DNA of 64,000 nucleotides from Rotaria socialis. Lineage: Eukaryota. The notes under the pieces are model-generated. The model was given only the letters and a program-made list of their open reading frames with translations. It searched no databases and was not told the DNA's origin. The translations under genes were made by a program, and so were the position numbers. Of this stretch, positions 50,431 to 64,000 are shown piece by piece. The DNA lies in assembly GCA_905331295.1 (NCBI GenBank), contig CAJNYD010000171.1, positions 1-64,000 on the forward strand, given 5' to 3'. Every line of letters starts with the position of its first letter. Position 1 is the stretch's first letter.

Positions 50431-50762
50431 CCCTAATCGACTCTCCCCTAACGACTCCCCGGGGAGTCCCCGTAAAATAACGAAATCCCTGGGGAGTCCC
50501 TGTCGTGAGTCCCCGGGGACTTTTTATTTGGGGGACTCCCCGGGGATTTCTCTGGGGAAAATTGATGAAACTTTTTAAAATAAAAAAAAAATTTTTAATT
50601 TTTTTAATTTTTAAAAAATTAAGAAGAATTAATTTTATTAGTAATTAGTTATTTCATCGATTTTGACCAGATAACTCCCCGGGGAGTCCCTAGGGAGTCC
50701 CCACAAAAGAACGAAATCCCTAGGGACTCCCTGGGAATTCTTCTAGGGAGAGTTGACTAGGG
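50431..50762. mobile_element. MITE with CCCTA termini and 2-bp AT TSD
   Basis: AT|CCCTAATCGACTCTCCC ... GGGAGAGTTGACTAGGG|AT, with multiple ACTCCCCGGGGAGT palindromes. Confidence 0.88.
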
Positions 50763-50861
50763 ATGGACTTGTATTGAGCAAGACAGCAGCATACGACAGG
50801 AAAAATCTCCCCAGGCGTAATAATCGATTCTGCAAGTTTTCCCCACATGGACTGTACGAAC

Positions 50862-51423
50862 CAGAGATGTCAGCAGGCCACTTTTTTCCGGCCTGACCTG
50901 GCCTGTCCTGCAGGCATTCATGAAACCAAAAACGTTATGTGTATTTTTATAACATATTCAGTAGGTTCAATTTTTAGTCATGATGTTGAGGATTAATGTG
51001 ATTATTTACTTCTTTTCTTAATAGTAATAATATTAAAAAGTTGTTTTATGTATTAGAAAAGAAAAACTCTCTGATTTAACACCACTAGCATTTCACATAA
51101 GAAACAAACACTACTAGACAATTTATAAATATGAACTGTTATAAAGTAATAAAAGATTAAAATGCATTTACTGCTTTGTCCTTGTCTTTGGTTTAGCTTT
51201 TTTATTGCACCTTTAGCGTTAATCGTGGGAGTGAATTCAATCCAATCATTATTCGCTTTCTTTTTTTCTGAATTTGCAAATGGGCTATGGCGATACCTAC
51301 CCGTGTGGCCGATAATGTAAAATAATGGACACTATTTTACATTATCGGCTGCATGGGTAATACAAAATTTAGCAGATAAAATCATTCCCAGTCAATTTTG
51401 AGCAGGCCAGGTTGGTAACTCTG
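50862..51423. mobile_element. hAT-like non-autonomous element
   Basis: CAGAG...CTCTG termini and a perfect 8-bp TSD GTACGAAC (50854-50861, 51424-51431). Confidence 0.85.
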
Positions 51424-52962
51424 GTACGAACATGCAGATAGATTCTTCATCCGTACTTTTCCTTCTATTGTATTAGGGACGTTTGTGCTCGTGAGAGAGA
51501 CAGAAAAAAGATCAGTTGTAGTGGCACGCCTAATCATTGAAATGTGTATGAAGTATTTTGAGAGATAATGTATATTTAAAAACGCTCTGCTCAGACTGTT
51601 CGAGCAGAAAATTTGGTAGAGACGTGTGGGAGTTGATCATACAATCTAATTACTTTCAAGAGCTGGTTTTAATTCGTTTATTAGCATGAAAGGAATGCTT
51701 TTCTTTTGCACTGAAATGTGTAATCTTCATGAATTTCAAATGTTTTTCTATGTCGATTGTTTGCAATGCGAACTTAATGCATGGCCCATACACAATAGCT
51801 ATTAATTGGCGGACTATAGTGTGAATGAGAATACAGAGCAGCACTTGACAAATACCTCACATACTTTTATTCGTATTTCGATAGTTCTATACACGTTTTA
51901 TTTCAAACTATTCTAAAGTTTTTGATCTTCTTTTTTTTTTAAATCGTAGATTTGTCTTCACCAGTAGCGGAAACACATTTTTGATTAGGTGAACTACTCA
52001 ATTGTGTCTTTGTGACGTTGGTGCAAGTGTGTCTGACTACACAGTGGAAGATAGACGACTCCCGTTTGTTAATCATTTATCAGTATGGCTGTCTACTAAA
52101 ATTTACTCGTTGAAAATCAATCGAGCAGCTACTTGGATTTCTCTTTTTGTATGAATTTATCGAGAAAAAAGAATTATGAAATACTACCATACGTGGAAAA
52201 AATTGAGGCAATTCCATTATGCACACGCGCAGACGTTTTGTCTGCTAACAATGAGTCATATGACGAAATGAGAAGTCATAACTCTTGGATGGATTCAAAC
52301 CATCTTTCTTCCGGTTAACAGCAGAATGCGTTTCCAATTACGCCGCAAGAGCACGACAGAATAAGAATTTTAAGCTCTTCAAAACTCCCGTTAATTACAG
52401 GCGAAGCGTATATACGAAGGGTGACAGTCAGAGTTCTCATTTGATACTTAACTGCATGGTACATAAGCAAAAAAAAGACCTTCACTCGATTACATCACTA
52501 TTTCCACCCTAGTAAAGAGTTTTAGCGGCACAATTCAATTGTACACGTGCATTTATTTGTGAGAATACGAACTATTCTTGAGCGCGCAATGCAACTATCA
52601 TAATTTAGAAGATTGATATGAATAATCACACGTTCCTCTCTGTTTATTATTCAGTCGAAAAGATCGATCGACTTTGAACTCTCAATAATGTATAACCGCT
52701 CGTTCATTAGAGTTACCAATGTGCTTTAAGTTGCTCTAGACATCATCTCATGAGAAATTATTGAGAGTAAAAAGCCAAGCCAAACTCATGAACAAACATT
52801 TTATTTGTAATTTAAGTGTAAAATCTTTGCCTTTTTTTGATAATGTCAAAGTAAATTTTATCGATATATAATTAATTTTGTCTTTCGCATATATAAATAT
52901 GAACACAAAGTTTTAAAATGAAAAAGAAACCGAAAGATATCAAACACACACACACACACATA

Positions 52963-55900
52963 CTACACATGTTCTAAGTGTCGTTCTTTTGATTTCCTCC
53001 GGTGCTTTTTTGTAATGGCTGTTGGCTGTTGAACATTTCCAGCAATAGCATTATCGCGTACTGTTAATGCACTTGATGTTCTTCTAGCTCTTGGTAGGCC
53101 TGCTTGTTGCTGTTGAAAAACATCACTTAATTTACCTCGGGTATTTTTACTTGATTGTTGTTGATTTTTATCTTGCGCCAATGCTTGATAACGCGATTTA
53201 AATACATGATCAAGTGATTTATTATATAAATGACGTTTATTCGATGCTTGACGTCGTTTTATAGCTTCATAATTGCTGCCATATGTTTTAACTGATCCCG
53301 AGACGTATCCACATAGTTGACTCATGTCACTATGATCTGTTGTGTCTAAATTTCGTTGCATATCATTGACTTTCGCTGCTGTATCGCTCCATTGTTGTGA
53401 TGTGCATGGTGAGTTTCTTATGAGTCTACTGCCGCCATGATAGACAAGACCAGTCGTTGATAGATCAGGCTCCGATGCTAGTTTATCATCTTGATCAGCA
53501 TCCTCATTATCATCATCATAGTCAGGTTCAGGTAAATCTTCTTCATCGAAACCTTTCAATTGTTGTAAAGCTTTAACTTGTTCAACAGCATCTTCAACAT
53601 TATCCGTAGTGAAATCGCCACGTCGATGACTACGACTGTTTTTGCCATTGTTTCGTTGACATATTTTCAAATCTGTTGATGCCAATAAATGTAATAATGT
53701 TCCGTAACGATGCCATAACATGGAAACAAATTGTACAAGTAAAATAGTTGCAAAAAAAAGTAAAAAACCTAAGCCAAGTGGCTCGAAACGTAACGGTTCA
53801 TTATGTAAACGTTTTATTGGTATAAATACATAGTCACGTATACGTTCAGAAACAAGTTGAAATGAAAATATAATAACGAGCCACAATGTATTGATCATAA
53901 AAAATATGAAACAGCCATTATTACGTAAGGATTTTAGATCGCGAACCATTTTTTTCTGATGATCTTTATCTTCAACTAACGGGTATAAGTAACGTTCAAT
54001 TAATTCTTGAAAAAATTTTGTTTCGCGAGAATCAAGCATGACTACTTCCGAGTCTTGTAAAGACTCTTCAAAGATCCAAGCAGGATTTACTAGACAAAAA
54101 TAAATCATATTATCATTCAAAATAAAAGTCAAGCCTACCTAGTTCATCACGTTTTATAACAGGACCTTCGAATGGACGTGAAACACCGCCATACGACATT
54201 ATTTGTCCGTAGGGTGTACTTCTGGAATTATTTGCTCCACGATAAATTAATTGTTGTTGATCAGCTTGCGAATAACTAGCGCGATGAGTTAGAGCTCCTG
54301 TTGAACCGGCGCGAACTGCTAATTGCATAAGACCATACTTAGGATCGACTTCGGATTCGCCTTGACTTTGATTTTGTTGAGGATATAAACCGGTAGTAGC
54401 TACAGCATCCATTTCTTCATCATATTTACTCTTGAAAAAAACAGATCATGCATTATTATTTTGGCAAAATTTTACATCGGTTATATTACTTTTTCCATTC
54501 GTTCAACAGCACTTAAAATTTGTTGTAAGAGTACACCATTTAATCCTGACCGCTCTAGGCCAAGCCATTTCCGTGCATAAGAACGTATGCGTTGGTCATA
54601 TTTTTTAAGATTAAAATTTGCAAATACCTATATTTCAGACAGAAAACAAAAACACTTTGTTTCTTTCTCTTGGAATAAAATTTTCTTACTTGATTCAAAA
54701 AGCCAGCTGATTTTTGTTTTGCTTGTGATAATTCTTGCATTTTAGCCCGTTCGATTTCTTCTTTACTTTGATTTTTTTTCACCTTTTTCGGTGCTTCTCT
54801 CGTACCCCATGATACAATATTGAGATTACACAGCGAATAAATCAGTAGAAACAAGTATCCACTTGGTATACATAAGAAATAGAGTAAACCAGGCACTATA
54901 CACCAAAATTCCTGTGGATGCATACAAGCTGCCGTAAAAAATATCGAAAATAGCAGCATCAAGAAAACAGCATTCGGAGACGTCCAAGAATCTTCAGCAA
55001 TTTGTATCGTGGTACCAACAACGACCGACATCATTATAATCGCATATACAGCCGAAAGAAAAGCTGCTGCACGTATTTGAAAATCAGTCGTCGTATGAAA
55101 ACATAGTAGAAGATAAAAGAATGCCGGTAAGACAGACATATACATGGACTGCCAGAGACTTGTACCTAAACAAATGTGACGCCGAGTCAAAAATATTGAA
55201 AAAAACTGGGAAGTTAAGTCTAAAGACTAGATTGTGATGTTTTTTATTCTTTCCTACTGGCAATCGGCGAGTCTGTTTTATTTTATCTTCAAAATTCATG
55301 CATCGATTAAAATCGTCACTCAATTTTCATGATTCGTGTTCTGCAAAAAATAAAGATTCTTTTTCGAAGCATACCAAAACACGCATTGAATGCTCCGATA
55401 ATCATAAGAAGTACCGTTGCTGGACCCAATACCGTTGAAATCATGAGAAACAGTTGATAGATAATATATAAATATGAGATACTCTCATTAACAAGAACAA
55501 TTCGTTTATATTCAGCAAGAAAATCGATGATATTTGCAATAGTGGATGGAACCCATCGACGACGTTGATTGAAGAATTCCTAGAATTCATAAAAAAAAAG
55601 AAGAAACTGTTTTGTTTTTCTTCAAGACAAGCAAAAACAAACATGAAACGACTCTGGCGCATAAGTCAAAGCATCTGATGCAGCGCAATATTCAACACGA
55701 TATCCTTCTTGTAATAGAAGTGTACATAGCCAACGATCTTCACCTATAGAAAATTAAATTTAACAAACAATACTAAAAACTTCTTTATTTCAAAAACCTT
55801 GATCATATTGTACATAGTGTCGAGCTTCGGTTGATTTCGTACAATATGTACGTAAAACATGGTCATCCATTAATGCTGAACCACGAAAAAGACTGAAACA

Positions 55901-58900
55901 ACCTGGGCTACACATCTTGAGAAAAAATAAAAAGAATATATTCATTCTATAGACGACAATCAATAAAACATACAACACAGCCTAGAATATGTTCAGCTGC
56001 TTTTTGAAGCCAATGACCAATAGCATATTCAAATTTTTGATACCAAACAACTGGCCCTACAGATTTTTAAACAGATAAATGTAAATCTAGCCATAGAACT
56101 CAATCTTACCACTGCCAATAGGATGAATTCGACCGCATGCAGCACCGACTTTTTTATTTTTCTTCATTCGATCAACAAGTAAACGAACGGCTTCAGGTCG
56201 AAAATCTACATCACCATCCAATGCCAATAGATATGTGTTTTCCATCTAAAAAAGAAATAAGCTTTTCGTATTTCAACTACAATAGAAAGATGAAAACTTT
56301 TACTTGTATTCGTTTTTTATTATCCATATTATGTAGTAGATTTCCAAAGCCTTTAAATAATTTCGATTTGTTTTTTGATGAATCTTTCTTTCGTTTTCTT
56401 TTATATAATTTTTCAATTATATTCAGATCACCGAAAATTCGATAGCCCAGCAAATAGTACATATACATAACCTTCAAAAATACAATCAATAAAATATCAA
56501 AAACAAAAAAAAGCCGCATGCATTACTTGACTCCATCGTTTTTTGTGCCGGATTTTTGTTTTGTCTTTGATATGTGCTATTAGAAAATTTCCGCCTGGTA
56601 ATACCCACGTTAAACGTCCACCGTAGGGTGTTGGTGTTTTAAATGGCGGAGGGATTTTCATTGGACATTGATGGATTGCCCTAAAAGTATTAATGAACAA
56701 TGCAGTTTCTCTATAAGGATTAAAATCTTAAATAAAATCGATCTGCATCTAGCGTAATTCAAGGACTTTAACAATCTATGTGTTGTATGAGAACTTCCAA
56801 AGGAGCTATTAAAAAAAACATACGTGGCAGCTCGATCCACCACTCCAAGTAATTGCTGGACAAATTTATTTGGTACTTGTTCATTGTTGTCATCTTCTTC
56901 CATAGCATCATCGAAGAATATGTGCCCCTCGTATTCATAATAATCAAGATCTTTGAGATGTAAATAATTTCGAGCTGTCCGTCGAGCACATTGATCACTA
57001 TCCAATCTATTGGAGACAGAAAAGAAAATGTATTAGTTGGTTCAAGTGTACTACATGACGGAGAGTACACGTCGAGTTTCATTTTACTAACTAGGAAGTA
57101 ATCTCTAAAAGAATGATATGCATGAACCATAATTACTTTGACAAATTTGCTGATAGGCTGTCCTGTAGAAAAACGTCATAAAAACGTATACTGGAAATTT
57201 CAAACTTTACTAACGGCTCAAAATTCTTCTACATTAAAGAGCGTAATTGCGACCGACTATTGTATTTAAGTATCCATCTCTATTGGCAAACCTCATAATT
57301 GATTTCAATAGTTGTAACATTTCCGTTTCAGTTTCATGCCACATTGTTGCACATGAATAAATTTTCGTGTGTACATCTGCGCTTAATTTTTTCTCCATGG
57401 ATAATTCTTCCATGCTTTGCTCATCGAATTCCGATTCAGGATTTGCTGCACCCATTTCATCGTATGTGCCAGCTAATATTTCATCGCGTTCATTTCGACG
57501 TCGATTCATCATTAACGATTGCTCAAGTAATGTTGCACAATAACGCGGCGAAACAAACAACCTAAAAATTCAACAAACAGATGGTTTTTTCAAAGATTCG
57601 CATTTGATTATTTACCGTTCTGTGAATGCTAAACGTTGACTTTTTCCAAACCAAATATGTCCACCAATCCATAATTCGGATAGCCACCAGAGAACAAGAC
57701 CACAGATAACTTGCCATCGAAATGATTCTTTAGCATAATCAGCATAGCAACTCCAAAAGAGAAAATTTTCAACAAAAACAGTTGATTTCGGTGCAACAGA
57801 ACACATAACGAGTAATATTGTCAATGCCAATGGTGTCACTAATGCAAGTGGCAAAGCAAAACATACACGTTGCATACAAAGTTTACATGCTAAACGGCCC
57901 ATATAGAAACATAATGCATCGGAAAGAATTTTTATTATCATTGGAGCCAAATAAAATATCCAACGATCTTTTGGGTTGATTTCTTCAGGATTACTTCCGG
58001 CGAGATTATTCCCCAAGAGCGACGCATGTAATGGATCATCATCAAATGGTAAACCAGCTGATAATTCATGATCCATTTGTCGTTTAATTCGGCTCAAAAG
58101 TATTGATATATTATCAGTCGAGCGACGTTCACGCGGCGGAAAAATTGGAAACATGCCTTCCGCTGGCTGTTGATCAAAATCTAATGCTGCCCATGAATTT
58201 TGTCCAGCTGATAATTTCGGTAGTGGATCTTCCATTTGTTCATTATTGCCATTTATTGGGAAAATAACAGACGTGTTAAATATACCTTGATGAAATATAT
58301 AAGCAAATAGAATGGTTACAAAAATTTTCCAACACGTCATTATTATTGATGTTTTCGCTCGTGTAGCAAGAATATTTTCTTTCAATAGTTTCATATGAAC
58401 GATTGTACGACCGCCAATTTTTATATCACGATCAACAAAATTTTCCCACCTAAAAGAAAGAAAAAAATTGAACGAACGCTATTAGATAGCTTAGGTTTTC
58501 ATATTTCATCTCTGAGCAGGTAGTCGCATAACAGAATTCCGTTGGTATCTCTATGTAAAACTATCAGAAATAGGGAAATACACAGTCAATATTTTGTTGT
58601 ACTTGAAATTTTCTTTCGTCCTCTCCTTTTGTATTTTAAAAATTCTCTCAAAGTTAGACGTTCGTACACAAATGCAATTTCTACGTAGAAGAATTACTTC
58701 AATGGTATCAAACTGAGTATCTGCAGAATAATTGCTACTTTTTATTAGGGTGTGAAATTTCCAAAATATTCCTCGAAAGATCTTCACTCGGAATAAACTA
58801 ATAGATTCGAATAGCATCTTACCAAGCTAATGAAACAAGAATAAGTGCCACCGGCAGTTCCCATTCAATATGAAAGCCAGCTAAAATTGTTTGTAAATTC

Positions 58901-61900
58901 TGATCGATTGAACTAATATTACCGAGCGGCGTTGACAATAGAATATTCTCATTATTTCCATGATTATCGATACTATATAAATCGAAACCAGCATTCGACG
59001 GATCGTCCTGCCGTTTATGCCGATTTAATAGTGGTATTGTCGTAGTACTTGCTAGATAAAATAATGGCGATACTGTCGTTTGAGCATGAATAGGTGCATC
59101 ACTTTTTAAAAATTTCGATGCTAATGCAATACCAATACATGAACATTGCATAGCAAATGCAAAAAAATCCATCAGAAACAATAGACTTCGACGAATAATC
59201 GATGCATTTGATTTAGTCAAAAATAATTTTAAAAAAGCAGGTACAAGACAAACAGCATTCATTATTAATAAACTTCTGGCAGCATCTAATTTTGGTAATA
59301 TATGAAAAACAAATATAGCTATGCCAAAACTATGTAGAGTTTCGATGAAAAAAACCTATTTAACAGTGCATCGCAACGAGAGAAATAATTCAAAGAAGAA
59401 AAAACAAACATATGATACATACGACCGTGAAGATTTTTACAGTGGGCCATGGTTTATTACCAAATAGACATTTGCCAAGGCTCTCGAAAAATGTAAATAT
59501 ATGTGGAGCGCACACAGTTCCTAATAACATCCATACCCATCGTTCTCGATACGGTGCCTGAAGAAGAAGGAGAAAACGAATGGCTTTTCATATAAAATAA
59601 TAATTGGACAAAAATGAATCAGACGAGAGCATTTTGAAAGACGATCCACATGCGTATGTAGACTAAATTCTAACAAATCCTTAGCGGAGCGATGATCGCC
59701 ATCCTGTAATCAATATTTTACTTCTATTACCTCTTGTACTTTTGCCACCGAGTTTGTCATCAGTAATAGAGCTCCTTTACTAACAAGTGCAGTTAATAAT
59801 ACGCCAATAAAAAGTACGATATAAGTAGCAAGTTTGAGCATTCTCATGGATAATCGATAACAATGAACAGTGCTTTCGTAGGCTTCACGAACGTCAATTG
59901 CACGCGGTGCGTCCCAACAGTCTTTATTATCACTAAATAAACAATTGGAAAATACATTTTAGCGTATGTTTTTAGAGGAAATTTACTTATTCAATAAGGC
60001 TTGGTCATCTTCATTTGGTGATGAATGATTTCCATGAGTAAAACTGTATGTTGCATTTTCACAATTACTACTTTTACGTGCTACGTTATCCTTAAATTTT
60101 TGTCTTTGTATCATCAGAATTTTTTTAACTAGATTACGCTTTTGGTCCGATAACATATATTGATCTTTCATATCAACGAGAAGATTTCGAGGCTCGGATT
60201 TTGAACGCAAGCTAGTCGGATGCTTTTTTCCATTTTGTCCAACTGCCCAATCTAAAACAAAAAGTCAATAAACCAATCCGTATCGTTTGACTGTAGCTCA
60301 CCAGTCGTAAATAGATCCCCACTGGCTCCAGCAATTTTTGATTGTCTTAATAATTGTTCGGTAGTTGCTAAATTCATTGCTGATGCGATAGGAATTTTCC
60401 CAGCCATCTCAGAAATGTTACCATCATGACATTTTGAAGGATACTGTGATGTTGTTGCACTTGCTAATCCAGAGCCTAGTTCAATATTTGACTCCAATGG
60501 AAATTTTTTCTGCGGTACTCCTTTAAACGCTGCTATCGTGCCAGGTGTAAATTGATCTTGAACAAGAATGCGAACTTCACGTTCAGATAAACCTTTGACA
60601 TCATGAGGAGTTTTCGAAATCGATTCCGACGTGTTGCTTGATGCTACCTGGTGATCATTACCATCTAATTCATTGATTTCATCACTGTTTAGTAATTGTA
60701 ATTTCTATAAAAATAAAAGGCAAGGTCATTTAACTTTTAAATAGGAAGTTTCTTGGTCAGAAGGTCATTATACTGCGGGATGAAGTCCGTTTGGAAATAA
60801 CTGTAAAATTTACATTTTCAAAGAATTTCCATTCTAGCGAATCGATCATATTTTCGTTAATAATTTGTTGTACTCTCACTACGATATGGTTTTTATGTCT
60901 GCATGAAGTATTATGAAGGCATAGAATTTGCTTACATAGTGCCGTTGCAACCGAGTTTGTACGTTTTTCTTCCCTGATTTGCTAGTCAATTATATTTCTA
61001 TATCTACTATAGTTAATCAAATACTTCAGATTGATGCCGACTTACTTTTGCTATTCGTAACATTTCAGTATGTTCGTGTTCGTCCATTGGAATGGATTCA
61101 TCAGCGGTTGAAGTTGATTTTTTATTAGATTTTAATCGTTTTTTTGCGTAATGACCTGAACGTTTACTATCATCAGGATTTAATGGTATCTGTTGAATAC
61201 TCTTAGCAGAGACCTTGAAATAGAATAATTTTTCTCGTTCAAATGAATAGAAGAAAAAGAAATACACACGTTCGGTAATGCTACTAGTTTATCCATTATT
61301 TTCTTGCCGCTATAGTTTACTTCGCTCATAAACGAATGACGTTCTGTCGCATTGTATTTTGCTTTACGTAAAATTTTTTGTCGTGTAAGAAAACCTTTAA
61401 TGATTTTTTGACATATTATTATTTTTTTTATATACTGTTCGTAACGTTGATTTAGAACTTCGAAATGTTGCAATTTTAAAAAGATCTGAAATTGAATATT
61501 TTACAAAAGGAAATAAAATAATCCGCAAAATTAGCTTTACTTTAGATTTTCCAATAACGTAATCATTAAATTTAAGTTGTTTAAGAATTGTTTCGCATGT
61601 TACTTCATTGATTCTTACCGGACTACTTTGCGGATAGGATATAAATTTATATCTAATATGAAGAGAAAAGCAAAAATGAATGATTGAGAATAAAAATCGA
61701 ACAAACCGTTTTAAAAATTCTTCAAATGTGAAACGAACAGGCCAGCCTTGATTACGAATATGAGATATTTCAAGTATACCGTTATAACGTAATTGTTCTT
61801 GGACTAATTCTTCGTCGAATTGATTAGCTACTTTACCGTGATTAGGTTTAATACATCTATGATATAAATAGTTTTAAGTTTCTTCTTTTTCCAAATTAAT

Positions 61901-62886
61901 ATCCGCAACGTCCGTCGCGCACTTAAATTAATCAATGAGAGGTGAGATTCGACCTACTGAAATGAGCAATCGTTTCCGTATGTTACTGTTGCGAAAATAA
62001 TGTATCTGATTGATGGAGCAGTGTTTCAACGTTTCGATATCCGTAGTCACATTGTGATAAAAACAACTTAAAACTACTAAAAAGTTTATTTATCGCGAAC
62101 AGCAAATGCAACTACGTGTTCTAGAAGTTTACGAACGAATTACTGATCTGTCGAAACCTTAACTTTTCTCTTATTACGTTCTAGGAATGCGCTTAAAATC
62201 AATACGAACTAGAATGAAAGAAATTTTCGAAAAAAATTACGCCCTGCGAATACATCATAGTACATAATCAATTGAGTCTACCTCGATTTTTTGTGCGAAT
62301 CATCCGATGTTTTATGTTGAATTTGTGGCATTTTATTTTTCCATAGTGGTTTTCTTTGTCGATTTAAATTGTCATCATCAATGAGAAATTCATCTTCGGG
62401 TACATGAAAATCCATTGAAACAGTTAGACTTTCATATGAATCATGAAAATTTTGTTCAGGTTGTTGCAGTTGAGTAGAATCTCTTGGGAAACGTTTGTTA
62501 TTAAAATAGGTAACAACTTTCTTTGCATCGGTATGAAGTAATGCCTGCATTGGAGACGGGGGTGGTGGCAAAAGTAGCCAATGTCCACGTCGATCAAGAC
62601 GACAATAACTGGGCGGTTTCTTTGATGCTTTCTCATAATCGATACCATAGGATCGTGGTATTGTTGAATAGTCATCAAGAGTTTCCCATCCATAATCATT
62701 TCGATTGTCGGAGAATGTTGATGTTTGAATAGGTTGATTATGAATAAATGACGAGTGTACGGATGATAGCGCTGCACCGGGTAAATCCTGCCATGAATCC
62801 GTCGAACATTGTTCATCAAATTTAAATTTATCAGTTGTAAATAATAATTTTTTAATGTCAGTTTTAGATGAAAATAAGTTGAAATC
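52963..62886 (-). CDS. Multi-exon chitin synthase with N-terminal partial myosin motor domain and IQ motif; 5' end uncertain
   Basis: CHS motifs CATMWHE, TPYGGRL, KIRHKKRWSQV, DGDVDF, CSPGCFSLFR, GEDRW, QRRRW (~55552-55566) and WGTRE. Myosin exons at 61271-61856 read RCIKPNH, QLRYNGILE, GWPVRFTFEEF, GKSKIFLK and CQKIIKGFLTR. Confidence 0.92.
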
Positions 62887-64000
62887 TGACATTACGTACA
62901 ATAAGAAACGACGAAAAACAAAACAATACAATAGTAATTATGAATAGAAAGAACGATCGTGGAACGGCAATAGACTCTGTTTAGTTAGTCAGCTATTCGA
63001 CGATGGAGACTAATCGATAGATAAACAATACACAAAAAAAAGACGCTTGACCGTATTGTATATGCCTTTTTTTCTGTTTCTCGCTCTATTCCCCTCCTCT
63101 TTATCTCTATTGAAACAAATTCTTGTTTATTGAATATAAAACTAACCAACAGTCAAGCGCACAATACGAACACAACGATAGAGAATAGACCTAATTTTTC
63201 TAATCTGGACAGTCAACAATGATATACATTTTCCTAGTGCATAAAAATGAGAATTAATTAAAGACGCCAGACGATCATTTATGTGAATAGACAATCAGTC
63301 TTAAAATTGTTTACCTTGAATAATAATGATGTAAGATTACGAACAAAAAGAAAAAAACGAAGAGAGATTCAGATTCTATGTTGAATAACACACAATGACA
63401 TAATGAAACATGAATAAGACATCTGTATAAAACAAATCATTTAGATATGTCATCCTAACTTCATGAAAATAATTATCCTGCGCGTAATACTTTACATATA
63501 GGTAACACCTAATGTTCCGCGATAAATATATATAAATAACGGTGAGATATTTTAAAATGTAACTTGTTAATTGAACTGAGATTTTCATCGATGAGTATAG
63601 AGACATAAAAATGTCAGTCTCAAGAAATGTGCTGTTCTTGAAATAAAGCATTTGAACATTCTTACCATTCTACATGACACATCTTACGATTTGGAATATT
63701 CAATATACCCACGCTCCGCATCTCATCTAGGCGAAAGTGTCCAATTTTATCGACTCATAAATTCTTCACTAGAATTTCAATAAAAGCGCGTGCAGTTGAA
63801 CTTGCCATAGAAATCTACTGGCCTCAATGGGAATTCAATGGATGAGTTACACTTATATGTGCGCATTCATTCATAGTCGGGTAATCGGAAGCGTGACCAG
63901 GAATCTTCAGGAAGGGGTCGTCACCTGATGAAGTCTAAAAAGCGGAAAATAGCGGAAACAAAAACAGAAAAAGCGGACGCTTATATTTTGTAATGCTTCT

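Noticed and set aside
52944..52960. (CA)n microsatellite next to the chitin synthase stop codon
   Set aside because: Ordinary short microsatellite.
63925..63965. CTGATGA followed by GAAA, hammerhead-like
   Set aside because: No stem II or stem I pairing and no cleavage triplet; the GCGGAA repeats look more like promoter-type motifs.

Overview
AT-rich eukaryotic genomic window with many short (~50-60 nt) GT-AG introns. The gene content points to a bdelloid rotifer, but this is inferred, not shown: an expanded orphan 7TM receptor family, an intronless PhoD-like gene, a Penelope-like element and a myosin-chitin synthase. The left third is a stack of mobile elements. It holds a 5'-truncated Penelope-like element (PLE) followed by a two-armed inverted array of ~58-bp degenerate repeats, and several TIR elements chained head-to-tail through shared TA dinucleotides. 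An intact PLE (RT + GIY-YIG, 837 aa) sits between 141-bp direct repeats that each carry a minimal hammerhead ribozyme. Host genes are four 7TM/GPCR paralogs (two intact, two pseudogenes), a ~15-exon Argonaute with an intact DEDH tetrad, a VWA-domain gene, a PhoD-like phosphatase, and a chitin synthase fused to the C-terminal part of a myosin head. An assembly gap spans 17156-17991.
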